Shown here piece after piece: positions 26,681 to 35,086 of a stretch of DNA of 64,000 nt (the stretch's first letter is position 1; every line of letters starts with the position of its first letter). The stretch comes from an uncultured Bacteroidales bacterium. Its GTDB lineage: Bacteria; Bacteroidota; Bacteroidia; Bacteroidales; CAIWKO01. Under the pieces are notes generated by a model. The model was not told the origin of the DNA. It ran no database searches and saw only the letters and a program-made list of their open reading frames with translations. The DNA is taken from assembly GCA_903913285.1 (NCBI GenBank), contig CAIWKO010000036.1, forward strand, positions 142,691-206,690, read 5' to 3'. A program made the translations under genes and the position numbers.

Positions 26681-27550
26681 TTACTTCAGCACTTCCAGCA
26701 TCTTCGCTCCTATTTCGGCGGGCGAATCAACCACATATACCCCTGCTTCGCGCAAGATGGCTTTTTTTGCTTCGGCCGTGTCGGCCTTGCCGCCAACTAT
26801 AGCTCCGGCATGACCCATGGTGCGACCTTTGGGCGCTGTGGCTCCGGCAATAAAACTCACCACGGGTTTGGTGGCGTGTAGTTTTATCCATTCGGCTGCA
26901 TCGGCTTCCATGTTGCCGCCTATTTCGCCTATCATTACGATGCCTTTGGTGGCTGGGTCGTCCATAAAGAGCTTTACGGCGTCGAGCGTGGTGGTGCCTA
27001 TAATGGGGTCGCCGCCTATGCCGATACCTGTCGACTGGCCCAAGCCGCATTTGGTGAGCTGGTCGACAGCTTCGTAGGTTAAGGTTCCCGAACGCGAAAC
27101 AATGCCAATGGAGCCGGGTTTGTGGATAAAGCCGGGCATGATGCCTACTTTGGCTTCGCCGGGTGTGATGATGCCGGGGCAGTTGGGCCCTATCAGCCTG
27201 CAGGTTTTATCCGACAGGTAGTGTTTCACTTTTACCATATCCTGAACGGGTATGCCTTCGGTGATGCAGATAATTACTTTTATGCCTGCATCGGCAGCTT
27301 CCATAATGGCGTCGGCAGCAAAAACGGGGGGCACAAATATGATGGATACGTTTGCCCCTGCTTTTATAACCGCTTCGGCAACGGTGTTGAAAACCGGCAG
27401 GCCTATATGCATCTGGCCGCCTTTGCCGGGCGTTACGCCGCCCACCACGCAGGTTCCGTATTCTACCATTTGAGAGGCATGAAAGGTGCCTTCGCTTCCG
27501 GTGAAGCCCTGCACTACTATCTTTGAGTTTTTGTCGACTAATATGCTCAT
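26681..27550 (-). CDS. sucD: Succinate--CoA ligase subunit alpha
   Basis: [24 protein letters not shown]..., SRSGTLTYE, phosphohistidine loop MGHAGAIV. The track start at 27571 is TTG; ATG at 27548-27550 gives the canonical N-terminus. Confidence 0.95.
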   Translation of the reverse strand: MSILVDKNSKIVVQGFTGSEGTFHASQMVEYGTCVVGGVTPGKGGQMHIGLPVFNTVAEAVIKAGANVSIIFVPPVFAADAIMEAADAGIKVIICITEGIPVQDMVKVKHYLSDKTCRLIGPNCPGIITPGEAKVGIMPGFIHKPGSIGIVSRSGTLTYEAVDQLTKCGLGQSTGIGIGGDPIIGTTTLDAVKLFMDDPATKGIVMIGEIGGNMEADAAEWIKLHATKPVVSFIAGATAPKGRTMGHAGAIVGGKADTAEAKKAILREAGVYVVDSPAEIGAKMLEVLK

Positions 27551-27611
27551 GGTTTTGCTATATGCGTTCAAAAATAGTAAATTTCTGAAAACTGTGGGGA
27601 TTTTTTTTGTT

Positions 27612-27700
27612 ATTGGTGATTAGCGATTGGCGATTAGCGATTGGATTGCCATGTTAGGGGTTTAGCTATTTAGCTGTTTAGACGTTTAGGGGTTTAGGTG
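27612..27700. repeat. Micro-tandem arrays: five 7-mers (ATTGGTG ATTAGCG ATTGGCG ATTAGCG ATTGGAT), then six 8-mers (GTTAGGGG TTTAGCTA TTTAGCTG TTTAGACG TTTAGGGG TTTAGGTG)
   Basis: Read directly (27612-27646 and 27653-27700). They lie in the spacer upstream of sucD. Confidence 0.9.
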
Positions 27701-27734
27701 AGGCAGGCGAACGGACACGGTATACTTTTGGTTC

Positions 27735-28400
27735 TTATTTTAGCTTAAACCTCATTTCATTCAATTTCCTGTGAAGACCATCTTTTCCCCGCGCCATTAT
27801 ATTATAAAACTTTACATCATCATTTGAAGAACAGTATCCCATTATGAATTCAATTAAAAGAGGAGTAAATCTACCCCCAATAATATCAGATTTAAACATA
27901 ACTGAATCTTTCCTGGAAATTTCAACCGAATAAGATGTTATCATAAAAGAGGTTTCAAAACCATCTATCTTTGGAAGAATACCATCTGCATCGCATAAAA
28001 GTTCTTTATCTATCATGCCTCCTTTTAAACCATAATTTAAACCATAGAGATAAGGTATTGGGTCTGGTACTATTTTTAATCGAAAATATAAAGAATCTAT
28101 CCAATATACTACGTCGTTTTTCAATATTCCAACATACACTTTATCAATGTGGGATGCACTGTCAAAACCCCAAATATTATAATGGCATCCTTTACCTGAA
28201 ATTTCACCAACACTTGTCTTAACAACTATGTCTTTACACGAACAATTTTCAAGAACGACGGTTATCGGATTAAAACATCCTTTATAAAAAACATTCATTT
28301 GATCCGGCATTACTGCGGCTGTTTGACTATACAGTTGTATTGTCAGGATGGTCAGAAGTGATGTCTGAAAGATCTTTATCAGTGTATTTCTTTTGGTCAT
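27735..28400 (-). CDS. Secreted hypothetical protein (weak, unverified resemblance to the GldM C-terminal region)
   Basis: The track start at 28421 is TTG; ATG at 28398-28400 gives MTKRNTLIKIFQTSLLTILTIQLYSQ (signal peptide). The LKIVPDPIPYLYG...GG.IDK..L pattern resembles GldM-type segments from memory only. Confidence 0.5.
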   Translation of the reverse strand: MTKRNTLIKIFQTSLLTILTIQLYSQTAAVMPDQMNVFYKGCFNPITVVLENCSCKDIVVKTSVGEISGKGCHYNIWGFDSASHIDKVYVGILKNDVVYWIDSLYFRLKIVPDPIPYLYGLNYGLKGGMIDKELLCDADGILPKIDGFETSFMITSYSVEISRKDSVMFKSDIIGGRFTPLLIEFIMGYCSSNDDVKFYNIMARGKDGLHRKLNEMRFKLK

Positions 28401-28418
28401 TTTAGTTTTTTCTCCCTC

Positions 28419-28438
28419 CAAAATTACAAATTAAATCC
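28419..28438 (-). promoter_or_regulatory. Recurrent 20-mer CAAAATTACAAATTAAATCC (minus-strand TAATTTTG -7 box), copy 1
   Basis: The reverse complement contains TAATTTTG, which matches TAnnTTTG, 18 nt upstream of ATG 28400. Near-identical copies are at 31568 and 51499. Confidence 0.4.
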
Positions 28439-28550
28439 TACTCAAAAAGTATTTCCCGCAGATTTCGCAGATCTACGCAGATAAATAATGTTCGATTCTG
28501 AATTTTTCTGCCACAAAGGCACGAAGACACTAAGAACCACAAAGAATAAT

Positions 28551-28575
28551 AAAAAAGGGCGTATCCCCCACGCCC
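28551..28575 (-). terminator. Rho-independent terminator (GGGCGT/ACGCCC stem)
   Basis: On the minus strand: GGGCGT-gggggat-ACGCCC followed by TTTTTT. Downstream of the gene ending at 28643. Confidence 0.7.
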
Positions 28576-28580
28576 TCACG

Positions 28581-28622
28581 TACCAGATACCAGATACCAG
28601 ATATCACAGACCATTTACCTAT
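28581..28622. repeat. Heptamer array TACCAGA x3, TATCACA, GACCATT, TACCTAT
   Basis: Read directly. It lies between the stop of 28643..30376 and its terminator. Confidence 0.85.
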
Positions 28623-28642
28623 TTTGGTTTTAATACCAAAGT

Positions 28643-30376
28643 TTAGAAATAGATCAGTTTTTTGTCGCCCTTCAGTATTACGAATTCTTTCTTTTTGGTG
28701 TTGTAAATGGCTACCCTTTCGTTCTTTTTGTTATAGATGGCCACGAAAGCATCGGCAATTTTATGCACGTTCCACATCTCCATCTGGGCTGTTTCGGCTT
28801 CTTTGATGGTGCTGAATTTTTGGTTGAGCATAAATTTGCGGAGTATTTTCTTTTTGCCTGTCCTGACGCTTTCCATATATATTGCCTGCGATTTTAGCGA
28901 GGGGTATGCATTTTTAAAATCGGCAATGTTTTTTTTATAAAAAGCACCGATTTGTACCCGTGCGTAAAAATCTTTAAAACCTGCGCTGTCGAGTTTTTGT
29001 TTCATAACCGCATAGCGGTTGGTGTCGACCTTGGCAAAGGTATCGGCCAATACAGGTTTTTCTTCAACAAATTTGACCAGATATATATCTTCGCCTCCAT
29101 ATCCTTCGGGACGTTCGGATGCGTAATAGGCCGATTTTTCGTCGGGACTTATCTGGAAATAGATATCATTGCCGGGGGTATTTATGGGGTAGCCCATGTT
29201 TTCGGCCTGACACCAGTTGCCATCAACGTTCACCGACTTGAATACATCAAATTCGCCCATGTTCTTATGGCCTTTAGAACTAAAATAGAGGGTTTTTCCA
29301 TCGGCGCTGATGCAAACACCGTCTTCGTCAAAGGGTGTGTTGATAGCCGTTCCTATGTTTTTGGGTGTTCCCCACTTTCCTTTGTTATCCAGTTGGCTCA
29401 CATAAATATCGCTTCCGCCATTGCCTCCGGGCCTGTCGCTGGCGAAATACATGGTTTGTCCGTCGGCAGTTATGGAGGCCGACGATTCCTGATATTTGGT
29501 GTTTATTTTGGGTCCAAGGCTCACAAAGGGCGAGTATTTTTTGCCATCGTACTGAGTTTCGTACAAATCGCCGCCTTTTTCACCTTTGTATACAACTAAT
29601 GCATTCTTTTTTTGCTCCATCGCTACTATCGAACAAAACAAATTCTTGTTGAAAGGGCTTTTGGCCAATACCGGCTTCGACCAATGCCCGTCGGTTTTTC
29701 CCGAAGTATAGATAAATTCATCGACCTGAGGTTTGGTGGGGTCCTTGGCCACCGTGTCATCGCCCTGCAGGGTTAAAAACATTTTGGTCCCGTCGTCGCT
29801 CACAAGGGGTGTATATTCCGAGTATTCGCTGTTTATTTCGTTTCCCAAATTAGTTATTACGATATTTTTGCGGGGTGTATTCACGAATTCTTTTGCAATA
29901 GTACATTCCGTTATCTTTTTGTCGATATCAGCGCTTTCGGCTGCCAATGCTTTTTTCGACAGCGTTTTCTTATAATCATTATATTCGTTTATTGCTTTGT
30001 CGAATTCAAGATTATACTGATAGGCAATGGCCAGATAATATTTTATTTCGCCTGTTTTATCGGTCAGCAAGCTTTGCGATTTTTCGAAATACGGAAGCGA
30101 CCGGCTTTTCATACCCGTGAAATAATAGCACATGCCTATCTGGTAGTTGAGCTCGGCATTGTTGGTGTTAAAACTATAAGCTTTCAAAAAAAACTCGTTG
30201 GCTTTTCTGAACAATTCGTTGCTATAGCAATTTTGTCCCTGCTTCAGGTTTTCTTTAGCTTGCTCAAGTTCGGCCTTTTTGCCCGGAAAATTGCTTGCTT
30301 TGAATTCTATGTTTTGAGCATAAAGAGAACGGAAGCCTATTATTAATAAGCAGAATAAGAATAATGCTCTTTTCAT
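28643..30376 (-). CDS. Secreted TPR + PD40 (TolB-like beta-propeller repeat) protein with C-terminal SPOR-like domain
   Basis: Signal peptide ...SLYAQ. TPR-like N-terminus. Repeated PD40 motifs (SEYTPLVSDDGTKMFL, SITADGQTMYFASDRPGGNGGSDIY, ISADGKTLYFSS, ISPDEKSAYYASERPEGYGGEDIY). The C-terminal YARVQIGAF... segment is SPOR-like. Confidence 0.7.
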   Translation of the reverse strand: MKRALFLFCLLIIGFRSLYAQNIEFKASNFPGKKAELEQAKENLKQGQNCYSNELFRKANEFFLKAYSFNTNNAELNYQIGMCYYFTGMKSRSLPYFEKSQSLLTDKTGEIKYYLAIAYQYNLEFDKAINEYNDYKKTLSKKALAAESADIDKKITECTIAKEFVNTPRKNIVITNLGNEINSEYSEYTPLVSDDGTKMFLTLQGDDTVAKDPTKPQVDEFIYTSGKTDGHWSKPVLAKSPFNKNLFCSIVAMEQKKNALVVYKGEKGGDLYETQYDGKKYSPFVSLGPKINTKYQESSASITADGQTMYFASDRPGGNGGSDIYVSQLDNKGKWGTPKNIGTAINTPFDEDGVCISADGKTLYFSSKGHKNMGEFDVFKSVNVDGNWCQAENMGYPINTPGNDIYFQISPDEKSAYYASERPEGYGGEDIYLVKFVEEKPVLADTFAKVDTNRYAVMKQKLDSAGFKDFYARVQIGAFYKKNIADFKNAYPSLKSQAIYMESVRTGKKKILRKFMLNQKFSTIKEAETAQMEMWNVHKIADAFVAIYNKKNERVAIYNTKKKEFVILKGDKKLIYF

Positions 30377-30500
30377 AACAGAAGATATTTATATAATTAA
30401 ATATAAAAGTAGGCAAAAGGAAGTGCAGGCTTTATAGTATTGGCTAAAAGTTTTTAACACAGCATTGTTGGTATCGCAATAGCTGATGACTCCCGGAAAT

Positions 30501-30524
30501 AAAAAAGGGCGTATTCTACGCCCC
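30501..30524 (-). terminator. Rho-independent terminator (GGGCGT/ACGCCC stem, same family as 28551)
   Basis: GGGCGT (30507-30512), loop attct, ACGCCC (30518-30523), A/T runs on both sides. Confidence 0.65.
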
Positions 30525-30543
30525 TCCTTTTTACTATATACTT

Positions 30544-30759
30544 TTATTTAATACTAAATTCATCTGTCCAGATTATACCCGTATTTTTCTTTTTTTTATC
30601 AATTAAAGCCGCCTTAATATCACCCTGATATTGCATCCATTCATCCCAATTCATATACACCAACCCAATTTTGCATTTATTATTCTTTAAACATTCTGCA
30701 TCATCAACCCTCATAAAAAGACTATCGATCCTTATTGTCTCTCCGGGTTTGATCTTCAT
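30544..30759 (-). CDS. Small hypothetical protein (71 aa), uncertain
   Basis: An ORF with its own downstream terminator at 30501-30524. No recognisable motif. Confidence 0.3.
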   Translation of the reverse strand: MKIKPGETIRIDSLFMRVDDAECLKNNKCKIGLVYMNWDEWMQYQGDIKAALIDKKKKNTGIIWTDEFSIK

Positions 30760-30837
30760 ATATAACCCCGGATTAAAGGGGCAATCCCAACATGTTTTTA
30801 ATTCAAATCCGATATTATTTGTAATAAAAAAATCTTC

Positions 30838-31518
30838 TCAAGTACATGAATTTAGATGAAATTCTGCAATGTTCAAACAATAGTTATCCTGATCTACCTC
30901 GCATTTATTTGTAAGTGCTATCGACACGTAATAATACGAAAAATTCAACCCTGGTCCTGGATTACGTTTTCCCTTCAATTGAATATCTGCAATCTTCGCT
31001 GTAACACAGGTATCTTTTGCTTCTTCCGAAAAACAATGTTTTTTTGTTAAAAAATAGGGCCTGGTTTTAGCTATTTCCTGCAGTGGATATACCTTATAAG
31101 GCGGCGAAGAACCAGTGACCATAAGTTTTTCAAAATAGAAATCCTCGTTGTTCAGCACTAACGACCTTGTGTCGCTGCTAAACAGGTCATGAAAAATTAT
31201 CTGAGTTTTAGTTCCTTTATTGCTTATTACATAGTACGGAATTTTTGTATCCGGGTAGTAATAAACCACCGAATCTTTCAGCGGCACTATCAACGTATCG
31301 GGATAGCTGCTTTCCATATAACCCAGGCTAATATATTTACTGGGGATCATCAGCGAATCGTTTTCTTTATGCCGGAACAATGAATCATCGTATATGATCC
31401 AAGGTAAGTTATAGTGAAAATTTTGATATAAAGTAAGATACTTATCGGATTCACAGAATTGGGAGAATGCCCGTACGCTGATAAAAACTAAAATGGAAAT
31501 AAAAACGAGTCGCTTCAT
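30838..31518 (-). CDS. Secreted hypothetical protein
   Basis: The track start at 31554 is TTG; ATG at 31516-31518 gives MKRLVFISILVFISVRAFSQ (signal peptide). Confidence 0.55.
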   Translation of the reverse strand: MKRLVFISILVFISVRAFSQFCESDKYLTLYQNFHYNLPWIIYDDSLFRHKENDSLMIPSKYISLGYMESSYPDTLIVPLKDSVVYYYPDTKIPYYVISNKGTKTQIIFHDLFSSDTRSLVLNNEDFYFEKLMVTGSSPPYKVYPLQEIAKTRPYFLTKKHCFSEEAKDTCVTAKIADIQLKGKRNPGPGLNFSYYYVSIALTNKCEVDQDNYCLNIAEFHLNSCT

Positions 31519-31567
31519 AATAAAATACTGTATCAACTTGCTTGGGTCAGGCAAATTCCTTTCCCCC

Positions 31568-31587
31568 CAAAATTACAAATTAAATGC
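31568..31587 (-). promoter_or_regulatory. Recurrent 20-mer CAAAATTACAAATTAAATGC (TAATTTTG -7 box), copy 2
   Basis: 19/20 identical to 28419-28438. It lies 50 nt upstream of ATG 31518. Confidence 0.35.
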
Positions 31588-31597
31588 AAAAGAATAA

Positions 31598-31623
31598 TAA
31601 AAAAAGGGCGCATCCCTGCGCCC
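31598..31623 (-). terminator. Rho-independent terminator (GGGCGCA/TGCGCCC stem)
   Basis: GGGCGCA (31606-31612), loop tccc, TGCGCCC (31617-31623), flanked by an A-run and a T-run. Downstream of 31685..32425. Confidence 0.7.
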
Positions 31624-31632
31624 CTTCTTTTT

Positions 31633-31688
31633 TACCTTATACCAGATATCCTGTACCAGATATCCTATACCAGTTACCATTTACCTAC
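31633..31688. repeat. Heptamer array of 8 units (TACCTTA TACCAGA TATCCTG TACCAGA TATCCTA TACCAGT TACCATT TACCTAC)
   Basis: Read directly, in perfect 7-nt register. The last unit overlaps the stop codon at 31685-31687. Confidence 0.9.
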
Positions 31689-32425
31689 ATAATAAGCGCG
31701 TTCCATATCGGGCTGCGGGGACCGTAGGAAGCTTGTTTGCCGTCGTAGAGGTAGCAGGCATAATACCAGGCTTTTTTGCCTTCGTCAACTTCGGTGAAAT
31801 CGTGTTTCAGTAAACCGCGTTTTGCAAAACCTATTGAAGCAAATATGGTTGGATCGGGAGCTACCGTTACCGAAGCTTCGGCGATGTGCATAAATATCTG
31901 AATAAACTTAACTCCGGCCGGCCTTGCCCTGCTTGTTTGGCCTTTGATGTCAACCTGCAGAATATGCACAAGATAGTCGGCCGACCGGACGTGCCCTGCC
32001 AAATCATTTCCGAACTTTGTCCTTACAGCCGTAGGCGATGCCTCAACCAAACTATCGCGCAGCACTATGCCCATATCCACCTTTTCGTCGTGGGTTACTT
32101 TTGGGTTATTGCGTATATAGCGCGATATAAACATACGGATGCTGGTGTCGTTTATATCTCTTTTTATGCCGCTTTCGTAAGATGTGCGTGCATCTCTCAA
32201 TTCAGTGCTGTCTTTAACGGTATAGATTCCCGTGCTCACAACGGCCCATGCAGCCTCGTAGCGTTTTTTCTTGTTGCCGGGGTCGGATGTGAGCGTTGAC
32301 CATTCATCGGTGGCATCGGTCGACAAACCCCAGCCTGTTATATACAAATTTACTTTGGTTACAAAATTTTCTTGCCAGGGATGAAAATCGGCATTTTTAC
32401 GTGGAATGAAATCTTTTTTTGACAT
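31685..32425 (-). CDS. Hypothetical protein (246 aa)
   Basis: Clean ORF with a heptamer array and terminator downstream. No motif I can name. It lies directly downstream of 21-bp array C. Confidence 0.55.
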   Translation of the reverse strand: MSKKDFIPRKNADFHPWQENFVTKVNLYITGWGLSTDATDEWSTLTSDPGNKKKRYEAAWAVVSTGIYTVKDSTELRDARTSYESGIKRDINDTSIRMFISRYIRNNPKVTHDEKVDMGIVLRDSLVEASPTAVRTKFGNDLAGHVRSADYLVHILQVDIKGQTSRARPAGVKFIQIFMHIAEASVTVAPDPTIFASIGFAKRGLLKHDFTEVDEGKKAWYYACYLYDGKQASYGPRSPIWNALIM

Positions 32426-32537
32426 AGCTTTATGGTTTTTAGTGAAAATAATAAATATTTTAAATTATTGATTTATATTACTTTAAAAATGTTATTTGCA
32501 TTTGAATTTTAAATAACGGGTATGAACTGCATTTTTG

Positions 32538-32747
32538 CGAAGGTCAATCTTCTATCAGCGAAAGTCGATCTTCGGATACCGAAGGTCAATCTTCTATCAG
32601 CGAAAGTCGATCTTCGGACATCGAAGGTCAATCTTCTATACGCGGGGGTCGATCTTCGGATGCCGAAGGTCAATCTTCTATACGCGGGGGTCGATCTTCG
32701 GATGCCGAAGGTCAATCTTCTATACGCGGGGGTCGATCTTCGGACAC
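32538..32747. repeat. 21-bp-period tandem array C (10 half-units = 5 x 42 bp; CGAAGGTCAATCTTCTATCAG + CGAAAGTCGATCTTCGGATAC)
   Basis: Unit starts run from 32538 to 32727 (189 = 9x21), with no indels. The shared core is GTC(A/G)ATCTTC. The second half-unit has an imperfect dyad around TCGA. Confidence 0.95.
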
Positions 32748-32899
32748 CCAAAATGCATCCTCTGCCCATCATCATCTATTTAAATTCTTTCAAAGAACAA
32801 TTTCTGTTTCGCAACTTGTAAATACAAAAGTATAATGAAACATTGCCACGATGCTTGGCAAAGATGGGGTGAAAATTACGGTTTTTTGTGGCAATTCTT

Positions 32900-33637
32900 C
32901 TACAGTCTTTTTGTATCAAGCTCTGTAGCGAATTTTATTAATTCGTCGGTGGCATTTAATTTAAGTCTATTCTTAATGCTGCTTCGGATGCCATACACAT
33001 CGCTGCGGCTTATTGCTAAACGCTCGGCGATTACGGCCACACTGAGCCCCTCGGCTATTAAACCAAATATCTTTCTTTGCCGCACTGTTAAACCTGCAAG
33101 CAATAATTTGGTTTTCAATTGTTTTACTTCGGCTTTGAGCTGTGCAATTTCGGTTTCGGTACACATTTCTTTATACAGATACGAGCCCTCGCACACCTGT
33201 GTATCGGCCACGCAGCCGGGCTTGTGTTCCATAATAACGTAGCGCGCCTTTTCGTAATAATAGTGCTCATCCGATTGGTATTGCCTGAACAGTTTGGTGA
33301 ACCCCGGGTTTAGCATCAGTTCGCGCAACTCGTCGGCCGAGCCCACGCTTATCATCACTTTACCCTCCGACTCGGTGAAATTGAGTTGGGTGTTGCCGCA
33401 GCGTTTCAGAAAGGTTTCGGTGATGTGTATGCCGTGCAACACTATTGTGATGGCAGTTTTGTTGCTTAGCGCCCGCTCACTGCCGTCGTCGCACACTTCG
33501 CTCACATACATCAGCGGGGGTGCAGCGCGCAACAGCTTTTCAATATCACTTGGCGGATAACGGAATTCGAGCGATTCGACGGCCGGGGGGCCTTTTTTCT
33601 TTTTCTGTCCCATAATGAATGAGATTTTGTGAAACAA
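32900..33637 (-). CDS. LuxR/FixJ-type helix-turn-helix transcriptional regulator
   Basis: C-terminal LTVRQRKIFGLIAEGLSVAVIAERLAISRSDVYGIRSSIKNRLKL is a typical GerE/LuxR HTH. The N-terminal ~170 aa are unassigned. Confidence 0.7.
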   Translation of the reverse strand: MFHKISFIMGQKKKKGPPAVESLEFRYPPSDIEKLLRAAPPLMYVSEVCDDGSERALSNKTAITIVLHGIHITETFLKRCGNTQLNFTESEGKVMISVGSADELRELMLNPGFTKLFRQYQSDEHYYYEKARYVIMEHKPGCVADTQVCEGSYLYKEMCTETEIAQLKAEVKQLKTKLLLAGLTVRQRKIFGLIAEGLSVAVIAERLAISRSDVYGIRSSIKNRLKLNATDELIKFATELDTKRL

Positions 33638-33705
33638 AAGAAACCATCGTGTACTTTATATATAACGTTATTTGTGGAAAAAGATTGGTTTTTGGGTAAG
33701 AAATT

Positions 33706-33740
33706 AGAAGCCAGAATTCAGGAGGCAGAATTCAGAATGG
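33706..33740. repeat. Heptamer array (AGAAGCC AGAATTC AGGAGGC AGAATTC AGAATGG), left arm of the inverted repeat
   Basis: Read directly. Nearly identical to the left arm at 19815-19844. Confidence 0.85.
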
Positions 33741-33977
33741 GGAGCGGGATATAAGGCAAATTAAAGACTAATGACTCGTGGCTATCGGTTTGCTAAGATT
33801 AAAAATATTATTTGATAATTTGTATTAAAATAAAATATATCTTTGAGTGATAAAAAAAAGGATAACATCACAGCTATTATTTAGGTATAAATAACACCAG
33901 TGGTACAGCACAAACCTTTGGTTTAATTATAAAAATGAGAAGTTGTAATTTACACTAGACTCTAAAAACTAACTAAA

Positions 33978-34925
33978 ATGAGAAAAATAGCAATTATTTC
34001 TTTGATATTCTTACTTTTCGCAGGATGTAAAAAGGATAAGTATGGAAACCTAGTGCATAAAATTAAATACACTTCTGCAAAAGAATCTAAAGCTAAAAAC
34101 AAAGGAAAAGGTATTGCAGAGCTCTATTATACTCAATTTGGAGATTATATTACAAGCATAACACCAGGTAGTTTTATTGGTAATTTTGACATGGTACGCA
34201 TATACGGAACTACCACTTCTTCCGACAACCATCCTGTATTCATGACATTAATCCAACCCAACTCTACCGATGGAAATATTCGTTATGCTGATTTTTCAAA
34301 CAATGCTGAAATTACCGTGACCCCTACTTTATGTGGTCCATTCGTAAATTGCAATGATGATGGAACGGGTGGGTGTTTTAAGGATGATGCTACTTTTAAA
34401 TTACTACAGGTTTGTTTGCATAATATTAGTCAGGTAATAAATTTGCCAGTTCAATATAACGGCGTTAATTTATCTCAGTTTAATGGTCAATATGGACAGG
34501 GCCTATACTCCAGCGATTCGGTAAAGATCGGGAATATTCTAACGGTTGATATGTACCCTCTAATTGGAAAAATTAGCGACACTTCACAATTTTATGGCCA
34601 CCCTTTGACTTTTTATTTTGGAATGACTGATAATACCACTCTTTATTATTCTGGACCTTCAATGCAGTTTCCGACCTCACTAAACGAAACTCCAAATCTG
34701 GATATGCCATACCCTTTTGTGTGGAGCAATAAATTTACTGAATGGACGCTAAAGAGCCCTGCAAATAAAGAAACCATAACAATTACTTCGACAATAGGTT
34801 TCGACAATGAGAACCTGATCCAGATTTATGCGGGAGCAGATAACGTGCCCTACACTAGCGATGATATAATAGTATATGCTCCGAATTTTTGGGATAGAAT
34901 TTATATTAATGTAACAACAGAGTGA
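33978..34925 (+). CDS. Hypothetical lipoprotein (315 aa)
   Basis: MRKIAIISLIFLLFAGCKKD lipoprotein signal. No other motif recognised. Confidence 0.6.
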   Translation: MRKIAIISLIFLLFAGCKKDKYGNLVHKIKYTSAKESKAKNKGKGIAELYYTQFGDYITSITPGSFIGNFDMVRIYGTTTSSDNHPVFMTLIQPNSTDGNIRYADFSNNAEITVTPTLCGPFVNCNDDGTGGCFKDDATFKLLQVCLHNISQVINLPVQYNGVNLSQFNGQYGQGLYSSDSVKIGNILTVDMYPLIGKISDTSQFYGHPLTFYFGMTDNTTLYYSGPSMQFPTSLNETPNLDMPYPFVWSNKFTEWTLKSPANKETITITSTIGFDNENLIQIYAGADNVPYTSDDIIVYAPNFWDRIYINVTTE

Positions 34926-34981
34926 TATAAAAAAACAAAACCCTGACTTTATATTGCTCTATAGCTCCCATTTTGCCATAA

Positions 34982-35030
34982 CTTCCGTATTCTGAGTTCT
35001 GACTTCTGACTTCCGTCTTCCGTCTTCGTG
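34982..35030. repeat. Heptamer array (ATTCTGA GTTCTGA CTTCTGA CTTCCGT CTTCCGT CTTCGTG), right arm of the inverted repeat
   Basis: Read directly. 34989-35020 is complementary to 33707-33738. Confidence 0.85.
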
Positions 35031-35086
35031 CATTCACCTCAAAAACTTTCCCTATATTTGTGTTGTAAAACTAAAAACCTGCAAAC

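Noticed and set aside
26727-27526. Antisense or alternative-frame ORFs inside sucD (26727..27050-, 26817..27077+, 27122..27526+, 27252..27473+). Similar shadow ORFs lie inside hsdM, the GDE gene, 35087..36427, the FKBP genes, the rhomboid gene, the S41 peptidase and ribD.
   Set aside because: They overlap strongly supported genes. They arise in GC-richer stretches with few stops, and their products are low-complexity (R/H/G/P-rich).
27653-27700. Telomere-like / G-quadruplex-forming TTTAGGGG octamers (also at 50546-50593).
   Set aside because: Only two GGGG runs occur per array and the other units are degenerate (TTTAGCTA and similar). That is insufficient for an intramolecular G4, and a telomere function is implausible inside a bacterial chromosome segment.
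32509-32821. Three overlapping ORFs over array C (32509..32775-, 32522..32821+, 32535..32783+).
   Set aside because: Same artefact of a stop-free 21/42-nt repeat. The products are pure low-complexity repeats (RRSTPAYRRLTFGI...).
19815-35030. Integron gene cassettes (attC hairpins) or IS/MITE terminal inverted repeats as an explanation for the IR-bracketed genes.
   Set aside because: No IntI-type integrase or attI/Pc arrangement; the only integrase is 10-25 kb away and of the generic phage type. The IRs flank the ORFs rather than following them as an attC would. No transposase and no target-site duplications are visible at any of the three cassettes. Mentioned only as an analogy.
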